Assembly: GCA_029287195.1 (NCBI GenBank)
Contig: JARFRN010000249.1
Location: 20,352 to 84,351, forward strand
Source of the DNA: Acidimicrobiia bacterium
Lineage (GTDB): Bacteria; Actinomycetota; Acidimicrobiia; Spongiisociales; UBA5794
DNA: 64,000 bases
Direction of reading: 5' to 3'
The notes under the pieces are model-generated. The model was not told the DNA's origin. It did not search any database and saw nothing but the letters and a program-made list of their open reading frames with translations. The stretch's first letter is position 1, and each line of letters begins with the position of its first letter. The position numbers and the translations under genes are program-made. Shown here in pieces: positions 7,325 through 15,976 of this stretch.

Positions 7325-9856
7325 CTAGAGGGCTCCAAGGCGTTCCAGCCGTTTGTAGGCAAGGTACCCGGGCAAGATCGGAACCCAGAAGGTGCCGATC
7401 CGAAACAGGAACACCGCCGGGACTGCCGTTGCGGCATCGAGCCCGAAGGCGGTCAGTCCCGCGATCAGCGCAGCTTCTGCCGCCCCGATGCCGCCTGGGG
7501 TTGGCGCCACTTGTGCGAGAGCAGAGCCTGCAAGGTAGACGGCGGTGACTGCGACAAAGCCGAGACCGCCCCCAAAGGCGGCGATGCTATACCACAGAGC
7601 GAACACATAGGACATGGTGATCACAAACGAGCCGCCGAACAGCTCCAGCATCTTCAACGGATTGACGGCGACCGCGGTCACTCCGGTGACGGACTTGCGA
7701 AGAATTGGCCAGATTCGCCGCAACCACAGCTTGCGACCCCAGGGCAGCAGCATGATCAAGCCGGCTGCGGTCAGCACGAAGACCAGCCCGACAAGTACCG
7801 TCTGGCCGGACGGCAGCGAGATCACGTCGGTTGCCGACCGGCCTGCGGTGGTGACGAAGATCATCAACAGCAACACGTGGACTATCACGCCTGCCACGTT
7901 GTTGAGCCCAACGCCGGCGATGGCTACCGCCGGTTCGACACCGCTCTTCTGCAGGTAGCGAATGTTGGCGGCGATGCCGCCCACCTTCGCCGGAGCTATC
8001 CGATTGAAGAACGACGCTGCGATCTGCGCCAGGATGGTGGGGATGAATCGAAGCCGTTCGGGCATTGCCCCCATCAGAGCCACGGCGGCCCCGACGTAAG
8101 TCATCAGCGAGAAGAAGATGACCACCGGGAACCACTGCCAATCGGCTCCGACCACTTCGCCGAAGTCCACCTCGGCCAGCTGCGGAATCAGGATGTAGAA
8201 CGCCAAAGCCAGCATCAACATCATGAACACGGTGCGTGAGTTCACCCGCTCCAGCCTCTCGAGCTCGAACTCTTCCAGTCCCGTTGCCGCCTGCACCTCG
8301 GTGCGGAGGTCGTCGAGGAGCCCCTTTCGCTTCTTGAAGGCGTTGCGGGTAGTGGTGCTCAGGGCCGTCGGCTGCAGTCGCGGGGCGGCGGCAGCAACCA
8401 CCTCCGGCCCGAGCCGGTCGACCGCAGTGGCGACGGTTCTCTGCGGACCGACTACCAGTGTCAAAGTCGCCAGCAGCTGGGCCACGTCACCATTGAGATC
8501 ACCGTCCGATGCAGAGATCTCGGCGAACCCGAAGTCGATTAGTGTCGGCCGCCCGTCGGAAGTCAGCAGTATGTTGGCCGGGCTGAGGTGACGGTGGGTT
8601 ATCCGTGCCGAATGCAGCTTCGCCACCTGCGCCCACGTCGCTCCCAGTACCTGGTCTGTGATCTGCTCTGGGTCGACCTCGTCGAGGGTGGAGCCGTCGA
8701 TCTCTTCGTAGGCGATCAGCATGGCGCCTGCGGTGACATCGGCTACTCGCAGCATCTGTGGAGTGGCCACGCCGGCGGACGACGCCGCAAGGGACATGCC
8801 GGCCTCATGTTCCACCTCGCGGCGCAGCGAGGCAAAGGGCCGCTCGTCACCAAATCCCTTGAGCCGGGCCATGCGGTAGAGGCGAAACAGGATTTCCGCA
8901 GCCCGCTCTTCCAGGCTCCTCACCTTGACGAAGATGCCTTTGCCATCGTCGGTTGTCACCGAGTAGAGCGTGGTACCACCCGCTGCGGCGTGCGCCGGAG
9001 CAACGGAAGCAACTTGGAAGCCGTGATGCGCCAGCGCCCGGCCGACGTCGGATCCCTTTGGCCTTCTGTCGGGTGATCCGAACGCAAGAAGGACTCCGGC
9101 CCCGATCGCATAGCTCAGCGCCAGGATTAGCAGGGCGTCCACGGGAACCAATAGCCCGTCGATGAGGCGCACGACCAGGAATAGCAGCAGCACGATCCAG
9201 CCCGTCCGTCGCCACCGGCGACTCAGCCACGGGGTCAACGTCGAGAATGCCGCGGCCAACCCGGCCAGGTAAACGATGGACGGGAAGCCGTCGCCCGGCA
9301 CACAGGCATGAGATCCGAAGACCTGACGAATTGCCTCGTCCGGGTCTGTGACAAGCTCTCCGACGGCCCCCGGATCATCCGCCCGGACCCCTTGGACGGT
9401 CGACGCTGCAACGTTGTCGCAGACCCATGACGGGGGCTGTACAGCTAGCTCCGGCGGCGCAAATCGGGCGGTGAGTTCGCTTTGTATTCCCCAGGCGACC
9501 GCCACTGCCGCCACTACCGCAATCACCACCAGCGTCAAACGTCTATATCGCCTCCAGAACAGCAAGAGCCCGATCACCAGTAGAGGCAGAATCCAGGCGA
9601 CGAGCTGGATTGCGAGAATGGTGGTCACCACCATCGCGGTCGGCAGGCCATCGAACGCGTCGACCACTTCGATGGTGATACCGACGCTTATGTTGTCGAG
9701 GACACTGGCGAGCAGGAAGCCGAGTACCCCGGCGACGAGAGCTACAACGAGTCGCAACAGGTCGCTTGGCAGTCGGCCGCGTCGGTAGGCCTCATCCTCT
9801 CCTTCGACGCGGATGAGGCGCTGGCCCTGGTCGCGGGAGACGTTGTGATCGAGCAC
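7325..9856 (-). CDS. Fusion membrane protein: N-terminal TM segments, a protein-kinase-like domain, and a C-terminal LPG_synthase_TM (MprF/UPF0104 flippase-like) domain
   Basis: The kinase-like core has ...GKGIFVKVRS..., the catalytic-loop-like HRHLSPANILL, and IDFGFA (the DFG motif). The C-terminal ~280 aa has about 8 TM helices and the PF03706-type motif PTPGGIGAAEAALIAG. Total length is 843 aa. Confidence 0.75.
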   Translation of the reverse strand: MLDHNVSRDQGQRLIRVEGEDEAYRRGRLPSDLLRLVVALVAGVLGFLLASVLDNISVGITIEVVDAFDGLPTAMVVTTILAIQLVAWILPLLVIGLLLFWRRYRRLTLVVIAVVAAVAVAWGIQSELTARFAPPELAVQPPSWVCDNVAASTVQGVRADDPGAVGELVTDPDEAIRQVFGSHACVPGDGFPSIVYLAGLAAAFSTLTPWLSRRWRRTGWIVLLLFLVVRLIDGLLVPVDALLILALSYAIGAGVLLAFGSPDRRPKGSDVGRALAHHGFQVASVAPAHAAAGGTTLYSVTTDDGKGIFVKVRSLEERAAEILFRLYRMARLKGFGDERPFASLRREVEHEAGMSLAASSAGVATPQMLRVADVTAGAMLIAYEEIDGSTLDEVDPEQITDQVLGATWAQVAKLHSARITHRHLSPANILLTSDGRPTLIDFGFAEISASDGDLNGDVAQLLATLTLVVGPQRTVATAVDRLGPEVVAAAAPRLQPTALSTTTRNAFKKRKGLLDDLRTEVQAATGLEEFELERLERVNSRTVFMMLMLALAFYILIPQLAEVDFGEVVGADWQWFPVVIFFSLMTYVGAAVALMGAMPERLRFIPTILAQIAASFFNRIAPAKVGGIAANIRYLQKSGVEPAVAIAGVGLNNVAGVIVHVLLLMIFVTTAGRSATDVISLPSGQTVLVGLVFVLTAAGLIMLLPWGRKLWLRRIWPILRKSVTGVTAVAVNPLKMLELFGGSFVITMSYVFALWYSIAAFGGGLGFVAVTAVYLAGSALAQVAPTPGGIGAAEAALIAGLTAFGLDAATAVPAVFLFRIGTFWVPILPGYLAYKRLERLGAL

Positions 9857-9931
9857 TGATGGGACCCTATCGGCGAGTCCCCAACCCGTCCAGTTTCAAC
9901 GCGCCGGCGGAATCTGGTCCCGTGGACTGCT

Positions 9932-10426
9932 CTATTCGACGGGAGTTGCCACCAACGTGCCGTCGACCATTTCGCCGGAGATGGTGACCGAGTAGTCGGT
10001 CCACATTACGTTGCCCGCGGTTTGGAGGCTATCCGGGTCGACCTGACCGAGGTCTGTAACGGTGACGAAGGCCCCGCCGCACTGCGGCGGGAAAGACTCG
10101 GCAAGTGCCTCGCAGATCTTGATCTCGTTACCTACGGCGACGATGAAGCCTGCAACCGCGACGGGGCCGGAGACATCGGCGGCGTCCCCAGGTTGGATTG
10201 CCGCCGGAAGCGGCTCATCTGTGACATCTCCAGGCGTCGGCAAGTCGGTGGGTTCGCCGCCGGGGGTGTCGTTGCAGTCGGGCTCGCCCTCGAGGCAGGC
10301 GCTGGCGATCGGCCGGTCGTCCCCGGAGCCACTATCGATCGGCAGTTCTTCGGTGGTTTCAGAATCGCCGCCGCACGCAGTGACAACGAGAGCGAACGAA
10401 GCTATCAAGAGTAGGGGTCTCTTCAC
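9932..10426 (-). CDS. Hypothetical secreted lipoprotein
   Basis: Signal peptide with lipobox (LVVTAC-GG), an acidic Pro-rich linker, and four Cys in the C-terminal domain. Confidence 0.5.
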   Translation of the reverse strand: MKRPLLLIASFALVVTACGGDSETTEELPIDSGSGDDRPIASACLEGEPDCNDTPGGEPTDLPTPGDVTDEPLPAAIQPGDAADVSGPVAVAGFIVAVGNEIKICEALAESFPPQCGGAFVTVTDLGQVDPDSLQTAGNVMWTDYSVTISGEMVDGTLVATPVE

Positions 10427-10489
10427 GACGGTTCCTTCTTGATCAATCTATGCCGGTATGACGCCGTAGCGAGGTTGGCGGGTTCCCGG

Positions 10490-11359
10490 TCAGAGAGCCT
10501 GATACCACTCGCGGATTGCCGATCCGATCTCGTCGGGTGAGTCCTCCTGGATGAAATGTACGCCGCGAACGGTCACTTCGGTCTGGTTGGGCCAGCTCCG
10601 GCAAAACTCACGGGGCACGCCGGTGAGGATGGAACCTGGTTCGGCGTTGATGAAGAGCTTGGGAATCTCCGACTGCCGTAGCCAGCGCCCATAGTCTCTC
10701 ACGATGCTGGCAACGTCCTCAGGTTCGCCTTCGACAGGTATCTGGCGCGGCCACGTGAGGGTGGGTCTCCGGCTTTCCCCGGGCACAACGTAGGGAGCGC
10801 GGTACATCGCCATCTCTTCGTCGGTCAAGTCGCGCATGATCGACGACGGCAGGATGCGCTCTACGAAGACGTTCTTTTCCAGGATGATGGTCTCTCCCGC
10901 TGGTGATCGCATCGCCTGGAAGATGGAACGAGCTTCTTCGGGCCACATCTCCCAGCTGATGCTTTGAACGAATGCTTCCATGTAGGCGATGCCCTTGACT
11001 CGATGGCGGTGGCGGTTGGCCCAATCGAAGCCGAGTGCACTTCCCCAGTCGTGAATGACGAACGTGACCCGATCGCCGATATCGAGCTGTACCAGCAGAT
11101 CATCGAGAAACTCTCGGTGCTCCACGAAGCGGTAGCTGTCGGGGCCGGGATCATCGAGCGCGTCCGAGTCGCCCATACCGATGAGATCGGGGGCGATGCA
11201 ACGGGCGAGGTCCGAAAGGTGGGGGATTATGTTGCGCCACAGATAGGAAGAGGTCGGATTGCCGTGCAGCAACAGAATGGTGTCTCCTTCCCCCACGTCG
11301 ACATAGGCCATCTGCTTGCCGAGCACAGATGCGTATTGCTTCTTCATGGGAGCTCCCAC
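10490..11359 (-). CDS. dhaA: Haloalkane dehalogenase (HLD-II, DhaA-like alpha/beta hydrolase)
   Basis: It aligns motif-by-motif with DhaA from memory: HGNPTSSYLWRN (halide-binding Asn), HDWGS (nucleophile Asp and halide-binding Trp), YMEAF (catalytic Glu) and GVHFIQEDSPD (catalytic His). Confidence 0.85.
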   Translation of the reverse strand: MGAPMKKQYASVLGKQMAYVDVGEGDTILLLHGNPTSSYLWRNIIPHLSDLARCIAPDLIGMGDSDALDDPGPDSYRFVEHREFLDDLLVQLDIGDRVTFVIHDWGSALGFDWANRHRHRVKGIAYMEAFVQSISWEMWPEEARSIFQAMRSPAGETIILEKNVFVERILPSSIMRDLTDEEMAMYRAPYVVPGESRRPTLTWPRQIPVEGEPEDVASIVRDYGRWLRQSEIPKLFINAEPGSILTGVPREFCRSWPNQTEVTVRGVHFIQEDSPDEIGSAIREWYQAL

Positions 11360-11979
11360 TATGAGTCTGTCTTCACTCCGAGTTTGCCAAGTTCAGCCCG
11401 CAGTTGATCCGGATTCTCGAATCTGATTGCGATGAACCCGAGCCGGGTTGCGGTGGCCACATTGCGGGGAGCATCGTCGATGAAGATGCATTCCGGAGCA
11501 CTGCGGGCGATGCGTTCCAGCAGGATCTCGTAGATTCGGGGATCGGGCTTGATCACCTTCTCCTCGCCGCTCACCACGATGGTCTCGAACCAGTCGAGAA
11601 ACTCGTAGCGCTGCCGGGCAATCGGGAAGGTCTGTGTCGACCAGTTGGTTAGGGCGTGAAGCTCGTAGCCTGCGTCGCGTAGCGATGCCAGGATGGCGAC
11701 CGTCCCTTCGATGGGTCCTGCGAGCATCTCATCCCATCGTTCCCAGTAGGCGCTGATGAGCCCGGCCATATGGGGATGCTGTGCGCTGAGCAGAGCGACA
11801 CCGTCCTCCCACCGCCTACCGGCATCGTGCTGGGCGTTCCATTCGTTGGTGGCGACCTCAGCGAGGAAATTTTCCATTTCGGCTTCATCATTGAATACCT
11901 TGCGATACATGTGGCGCGGGTCCCAGTCGATCAGCACCCCTCCGAGGTCGAAGACGACCACTCTGTTGTTTGACGTCAT
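11359..11979 (-). CDS. HAD-superfamily hydrolase (subfamily IA, epoxide-hydrolase N-terminal phosphatase-like)
   Basis: HAD motif I VVVFDLGGVL, motif II LTNWS, and the motif III/IV region K...FIDD. It ends exactly where dhaA starts, with the stop and start sharing coordinate 11359. Confidence 0.75.
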   Translation of the reverse strand: MTSNNRVVVFDLGGVLIDWDPRHMYRKVFNDEAEMENFLAEVATNEWNAQHDAGRRWEDGVALLSAQHPHMAGLISAYWERWDEMLAGPIEGTVAILASLRDAGYELHALTNWSTQTFPIARQRYEFLDWFETIVVSGEEKVIKPDPRIYEILLERIARSAPECIFIDDAPRNVATATRLGFIAIRFENPDQLRAELGKLGVKTDS

Positions 11980-12000
11980 GGATGCACTCTAAGCGGGCAT

Positions 12001-12114
12001 TGCCAATTGACGTATTGACATTGTGAATCTGAGCTATATATATATAGATTATCTAACTGTCTATCGAGGATAAGTCGTGAGACGGGCAAGTCACATGGTC
12101 GATGAAAGGAGTAG
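12001..12114 (+). promoter_or_regulatory. AT-rich promoter region upstream of the Hsp20 gene, with tandem TTGAC motifs and a (TA)6 run
   Basis: TTGACGTATTGACATTGTGAATCTGAGCTATATATATATAGATTATCTAACTG is a local GC trough in an otherwise ~67% GC context. The RBS AAAGGAG lies at 12105-12111. Confidence 0.35.
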
Positions 12115-12120
12115 GTGACG

Positions 12121-12543
12121 ATGCTGCGCTTCAAGGATCCCTTTGACGAGGTGGACCGCATGCTCAACACATTCGGTGGCGGGGCTCGCTCCGGGATCAT
12201 GCCTCTCGACGCATATGAGTTGGACGGCATATACACGCTTCGCTTCGACGTGCCCGGAGTCGAGCCGGATGCAGTAGACCTCACCGTCGAGAGCGGCATG
12301 TTGACGGTTACTGTCGAACGAACCCGCGAGGAAACTGAAGGTGCCACCTGGCTGCTCCGCGAGCGACCCGCGGGAATGCACCGTCGCGAAGTCCGACTCG
12401 GTGAGCGCCTCGATACGGGTCGGGTGGACGCGAAGTACGACAATGGAGTCCTCACCGTGACCATTCCGATGCGCGAGGAAGCCAAGCCCCACAAGGTGCA
12501 GATCAAAGGCGGAGGTAGCGAGAGGCTTACCTCCGGCGACTGA
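12121..12543 (+). CDS. Hsp20/alpha-crystallin family small heat-shock protein
   Basis: An ACD-type beta-sandwich pattern (DAYELDGIYTLRFDVPGVEPDAVDLTVESGMLTV...DAKYDNGVLTVTIP). The ATG at 12121 was preferred over the GTG at 12115 because of RBS spacing. Confidence 0.85.
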   Translation: MLRFKDPFDEVDRMLNTFGGGARSGIMPLDAYELDGIYTLRFDVPGVEPDAVDLTVESGMLTVTVERTREETEGATWLLRERPAGMHRREVRLGERLDTGRVDAKYDNGVLTVTIPMREEAKPHKVQIKGGGSERLTSGD

Positions 12544-12563
12544 ACAAGACTGCATCCCGAGGG

Positions 12564-12599
12564 ATCGGCCCCATTCGCACATGTGCGAGCGGGGCCGAT
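12564..12599 (+). terminator. Stem-loop downstream of the Hsp20 gene
   Basis: ATCGGCCCC...CGCACATGTGCG...GGGGCCGAT, a GC-rich hairpin with an internally palindromic loop. Confidence 0.35.
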
Positions 12600-12662
12600 G
12601 AATCCTGGACCCAATCACCCGCCGAGCCGGAAGAATGGGGCGGCCAGAATCGGAGGCGACCT

Positions 12663-13343
12663 TCATCCTGTCAGCTGCGACCAAAATCGGCGCGGGCTGT
12701 CGATGATACGGCTGGCAGCGGTCACGGCAAGGAGAGCCGTGGCGGGGTGATCATGCCCAAATCGAGCTATGAAAGTCTGCTGCTCCAGTGAAAGCGGTCC
12801 GAACCGGAGAGCCTCGATCAGTGCGACACCCGGGGAGTGTCCCTCTCCCGCTTGCAGAGCTGCGATGACACTGCCCGTGCGTCCCACGCCCGCCTGGCAG
12901 TGCACGAATACCGGTCCCGAGGCGGCAGTGATCGTCTCTCTGATCTCGGCGAGCTGCGCTGCAGTTGGGGTCTGGCCGTCCCGAATCGGGATGTGAATCC
13001 AAGCGAGCCCGGCTTCAGTGGCTCGGTTTGACGAGGTCGTAGGTTCGGCCTCAGCCCTGAGGTCGATCACTGCGACAACGCCACCATCGGCCAGGGCCGC
13101 GTATCCCTCGGGACTAGGTGCGGCACCCCGCCAAACGTTCTCGGTCACCCGAGCGAAACCCTCGACCCCGATGAAGGCTTCGACCGGCGAACCTCGCAGT
13201 AGTCGAACTGCGAAGTGCGGCGCCGCAACCAGCAGGTGCATCACCGTAAGGACTGCAGTCATCAGCAGCAACTTCCTCAGCCCGCGAGGCGTCGGTCGTC
13301 CTGCTATCTCCGAGGCGGCATCTTTGCCCGCTGTGATCATCAT
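12663..13343 (-). CDS. Protein-tyrosine / dual-specificity phosphatase family protein with an N-terminal membrane anchor
   Basis: CX5R P-loop HCQAGVGRTG, preceded by a hydrophobic segment LLLMTAVLTVMHLLVAA. Confidence 0.65.
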   Translation of the reverse strand: MMITAGKDAASEIAGRPTPRGLRKLLLMTAVLTVMHLLVAAPHFAVRLLRGSPVEAFIGVEGFARVTENVWRGAAPSPEGYAALADGGVVAVIDLRAEAEPTTSSNRATEAGLAWIHIPIRDGQTPTAAQLAEIRETITAASGPVFVHCQAGVGRTGSVIAALQAGEGHSPGVALIEALRFGPLSLEQQTFIARFGHDHPATALLAVTAASRIIDSPRRFWSQLTG

Positions 13344-13541
13344 CTTGATCTTTGTCGGCGCCCTTCCACCTCTCCCCGAGGATTCTGTCCGACGGATGCT
13401 GTCTGTGACCTGACCTAGGTCTACAGACGGTGCCCGGCTGGACCCGCACGTGCCATGCCGGAAGGCCGCAGCAGCCGGCTAGCCAGTCCGGCAAGCGACA
13501 GCCGACGAACGCCGAACCGCGGGTTCCGCTTCTTCCGCCTG

Positions 13542-14207
13542 CTACAGCTTGCGGTTCATCCGCTGGATGTGCCTCATCCGCCTGCGTGCGGAGCGGCTGG
13601 AGCCCTGAGTTCGAGGGGGCGGTTGTGGAGTGGACTGCGGAGGCGCGTCGGACATCGGCGTCCGGGTGGTCGGCCGCCAAATGCGTATGACCAGCAGACC
13701 GGTGGCAATCACCCCGGCGGAAACGATCCCGAGTGCGGCCGTTCTCAACACCTTGGCATCGGCGGCATCGGCTGCTACCGATGAACCCTCCGGGGTCCGA
13801 CCTTCAGCGGCGCCGACGGCTTCTTGATAGGCGGCCGGGATCGCGGATCCGGTCGGTTCGTAGGGTCGGGTCGCCGAGCAGATGCTGGCCAGAAATGGAG
13901 TCCGACTGTTCTCCGGAACGACCAGGTAAGTGGCGCCGGCCACGAACTTGGCAGCGTTTTCCCCGGTGGAGTCGGTGCCGTGGACTTCGACTCGGCCGGG
14001 CAGATCGCGGCCCTTCCATATGGACACGACGCGCATGGTGGCCGTGTGGCCGTCCTCGGTCGTAGCTGCCACCTCGCCGACGAACACGGTCGAGGCCTCG
14101 CCCAAGGCCTGGGCGACGTCGGTCGGAGGGCTACAGGTAGCGATCGCAGTTGCGGGTGCGGCCAGCAGCAGCCCGACGGCCGCGGTGAGGAGCAAGCTGC
14201 GCATCAT
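13542..14207 (-). CDS. Hypothetical exported protein (signal peptide plus C-terminal TM anchor). Last gene of a TadE/TadG-like operon.
   Basis: N-terminal signal MMRSLLLTAAVGLLLAAPATA, a C-terminal TM helix, then a basic Pro-rich tail. Its start overlaps the stop of the upstream gene by 4 bp. Confidence 0.45.
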   Translation of the reverse strand: MMRSLLLTAAVGLLLAAPATAIATCSPPTDVAQALGEASTVFVGEVAATTEDGHTATMRVVSIWKGRDLPGRVEVHGTDSTGENAAKFVAGATYLVVPENSRTPFLASICSATRPYEPTGSAIPAAYQEAVGAAEGRTPEGSSVAADAADAKVLRTAALGIVSAGVIATGLLVIRIWRPTTRTPMSDAPPQSTPQPPPRTQGSSRSARRRMRHIQRMNRKL

Positions 14208-15976
14208 CGAATCAGCTGGGTGTCAGGGTCGGCGGGGAAGAGGACGGCCCGGTCGAAATTGGGTCGGACGACCAGCAGACCCTGTCCCTCGGAACTCAGG
14301 GTTCTGGAAACGAACTGAGCGGCCACCTGCTCCTGAGACCCATTGCCTCGGTAAACGACCCGGGCCCACGGGGCAAAGAACACTCCTTCGAGGTCGAGCG
14401 CCGCCTGGCCGGCAAGCTGGTGGACGGCGGGCGACTCGGACCACATCGAGAGCGCTTCGAAGTTGCCGCTCTGCGGGCCGGTCCAGGTGAGAGCTCCCGT
14501 GCCGCCCGACATTGCAATACCCGAGGAGGCCGAGTAGTACATCATCGTGTTGTAGAGAAGCACGCTCCCCTCTCCGGCCTTGATCAGGTTGCCGTTACGC
14601 ATGTAGGCAATGGCTGCATCCGAGTCCGGGCTGTAGGGGTAACCACCGGCGGGTTTGCTGTTGAGTGCCAGCACACCGCTTGACTCGACGACTACATCGC
14701 CATCGAAGATGACGTCACCGGCAGGGAACACAACTGTGCGCTTGACTTCGAACGGATCGCAGTCGATGTGCCAGTTCCCGGCAGGTGCGATGATCTCGGT
14801 CCCCGGTCCGCCTTCAATGGAGCACGGATAGCCGGCCCCGGTCCAGGAAGTGAAACCGGTCGGCGTGCCCGTACCGCCATATGCGGCCACAAGGTTGTCG
14901 ATGTGCGGCGCCGGAGCATCTGTGCAGGGATCGATTTCCCACCCCACCGGCATCGGGTAAGCGGCTTTGCAGTTGAAGCGGTGATCGACCGGCGCTCGCG
15001 TTATTCGCTCTCTACCTGCGCTCGGGTCGGGGGACACGGTCCCGGAGCTGGTGCAGGCCGGGTAGTTGCATCCCGGTGTGCCCGGCGCCAACAGCCGGAG
15101 GGCACCGCAGCCCTCTCCAACCGTTAGCCCTCCGGGGCCCACGTGTGTGCCCGTCTCTGTATCACATCCGGTGGGCCCGTCGGCCCGGATGTAGGCATTG
15201 CTGCCGTCGACGTCGAGGACACCGTCGCCGCCGCATACGCCGGAGGCATCGGAATCGATCGCAATGTAGCCGGGGTCGAGTTCGCCGGTGTCCGTATTGA
15301 GGACGGCGTCGACGACGATGCCGCCGAGACCGCCGCCGCTGCCTGCTGCGGTGATGGTGTCACAGTCGTACCGCTCGAGGATGAGCAGGTTGAGCGCAAA
15401 GTCCTCGCTCGGTGGAATGAAGGTCTTGGCTACCGAGGAGACCGTTGTGTCCTGCGAGGCGGCGCCGATAATCGAGGCGAAGAGGTGTTCATGGTTGCTG
15501 GTTATCGAGACTCCGAACCGCTCGCATGGGTCGCCGTCATCGGTGCTGATCGCCTGGCCGCTGGCTCCGATGGCGGAGGGGTCGAGCAGCGCTGCCGCAT
15601 CAGGGACGGGGTAGGTCAGCGTTACCGTCCAGTCCCCTGATGTGCCCGTCGTGGTCGTTGACGGGGTCGAGGCATCACATGAGGTAGGGAACCCGAGGCA
15701 GGAGGCGCCGCTGAGCGTGCCCACCCCGGAGAGGTTCAGCTCGAGGTAGTCGAGGGCGGTTTCACAGCCGGCGCGACCGTCTCCTTCGGCTGCGTCGAGC
15801 GCTCCGGCGGTTGATGCAGCATCGGCGGCAACGAGGCTGGCGGCTCGGTTCGATCGCACCGCACCCAGGTCGATTACCAGAGCAGCGATGGCGAGCAGCG
15901 TAACCAAGGCGATGGCAACGATGAGCAGCACCGCACCTTCTTCTCCGGTCCGGCCGGTAGTTTTGGCCGTCCGCAT
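14204..15976 (-). CDS. TadG-like / Flp-pilus-assembly TadE/G-like domain protein (large secreted Gly/Thr-rich protein)
   Basis: The N-terminus GAVLLIVAIALVTLLAIAALVIDLGAVRSNRAASLVAADAASTAGA matches the Tad (PF13400-like) pattern. The remaining 590 aa are Gly/Asp/Thr-rich and extracellular-looking. Confidence 0.6.
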   Translation of the reverse strand: MRTAKTTGRTGEEGAVLLIVAIALVTLLAIAALVIDLGAVRSNRAASLVAADAASTAGALDAAEGDGRAGCETALDYLELNLSGVGTLSGASCLGFPTSCDASTPSTTTTGTSGDWTVTLTYPVPDAAALLDPSAIGASGQAISTDDGDPCERFGVSITSNHEHLFASIIGAASQDTTVSSVAKTFIPPSEDFALNLLILERYDCDTITAAGSGGGLGGIVVDAVLNTDTGELDPGYIAIDSDASGVCGGDGVLDVDGSNAYIRADGPTGCDTETGTHVGPGGLTVGEGCGALRLLAPGTPGCNYPACTSSGTVSPDPSAGRERITRAPVDHRFNCKAAYPMPVGWEIDPCTDAPAPHIDNLVAAYGGTGTPTGFTSWTGAGYPCSIEGGPGTEIIAPAGNWHIDCDPFEVKRTVVFPAGDVIFDGDVVVESSGVLALNSKPAGGYPYSPDSDAAIAYMRNGNLIKAGEGSVLLYNTMMYYSASSGIAMSGGTGALTWTGPQSGNFEALSMWSESPAVHQLAGQAALDLEGVFFAPWARVVYRGNGSQEQVAAQFVSRTLSSEGQGLLVVRPNFDRAVLFPADPDTQLIR

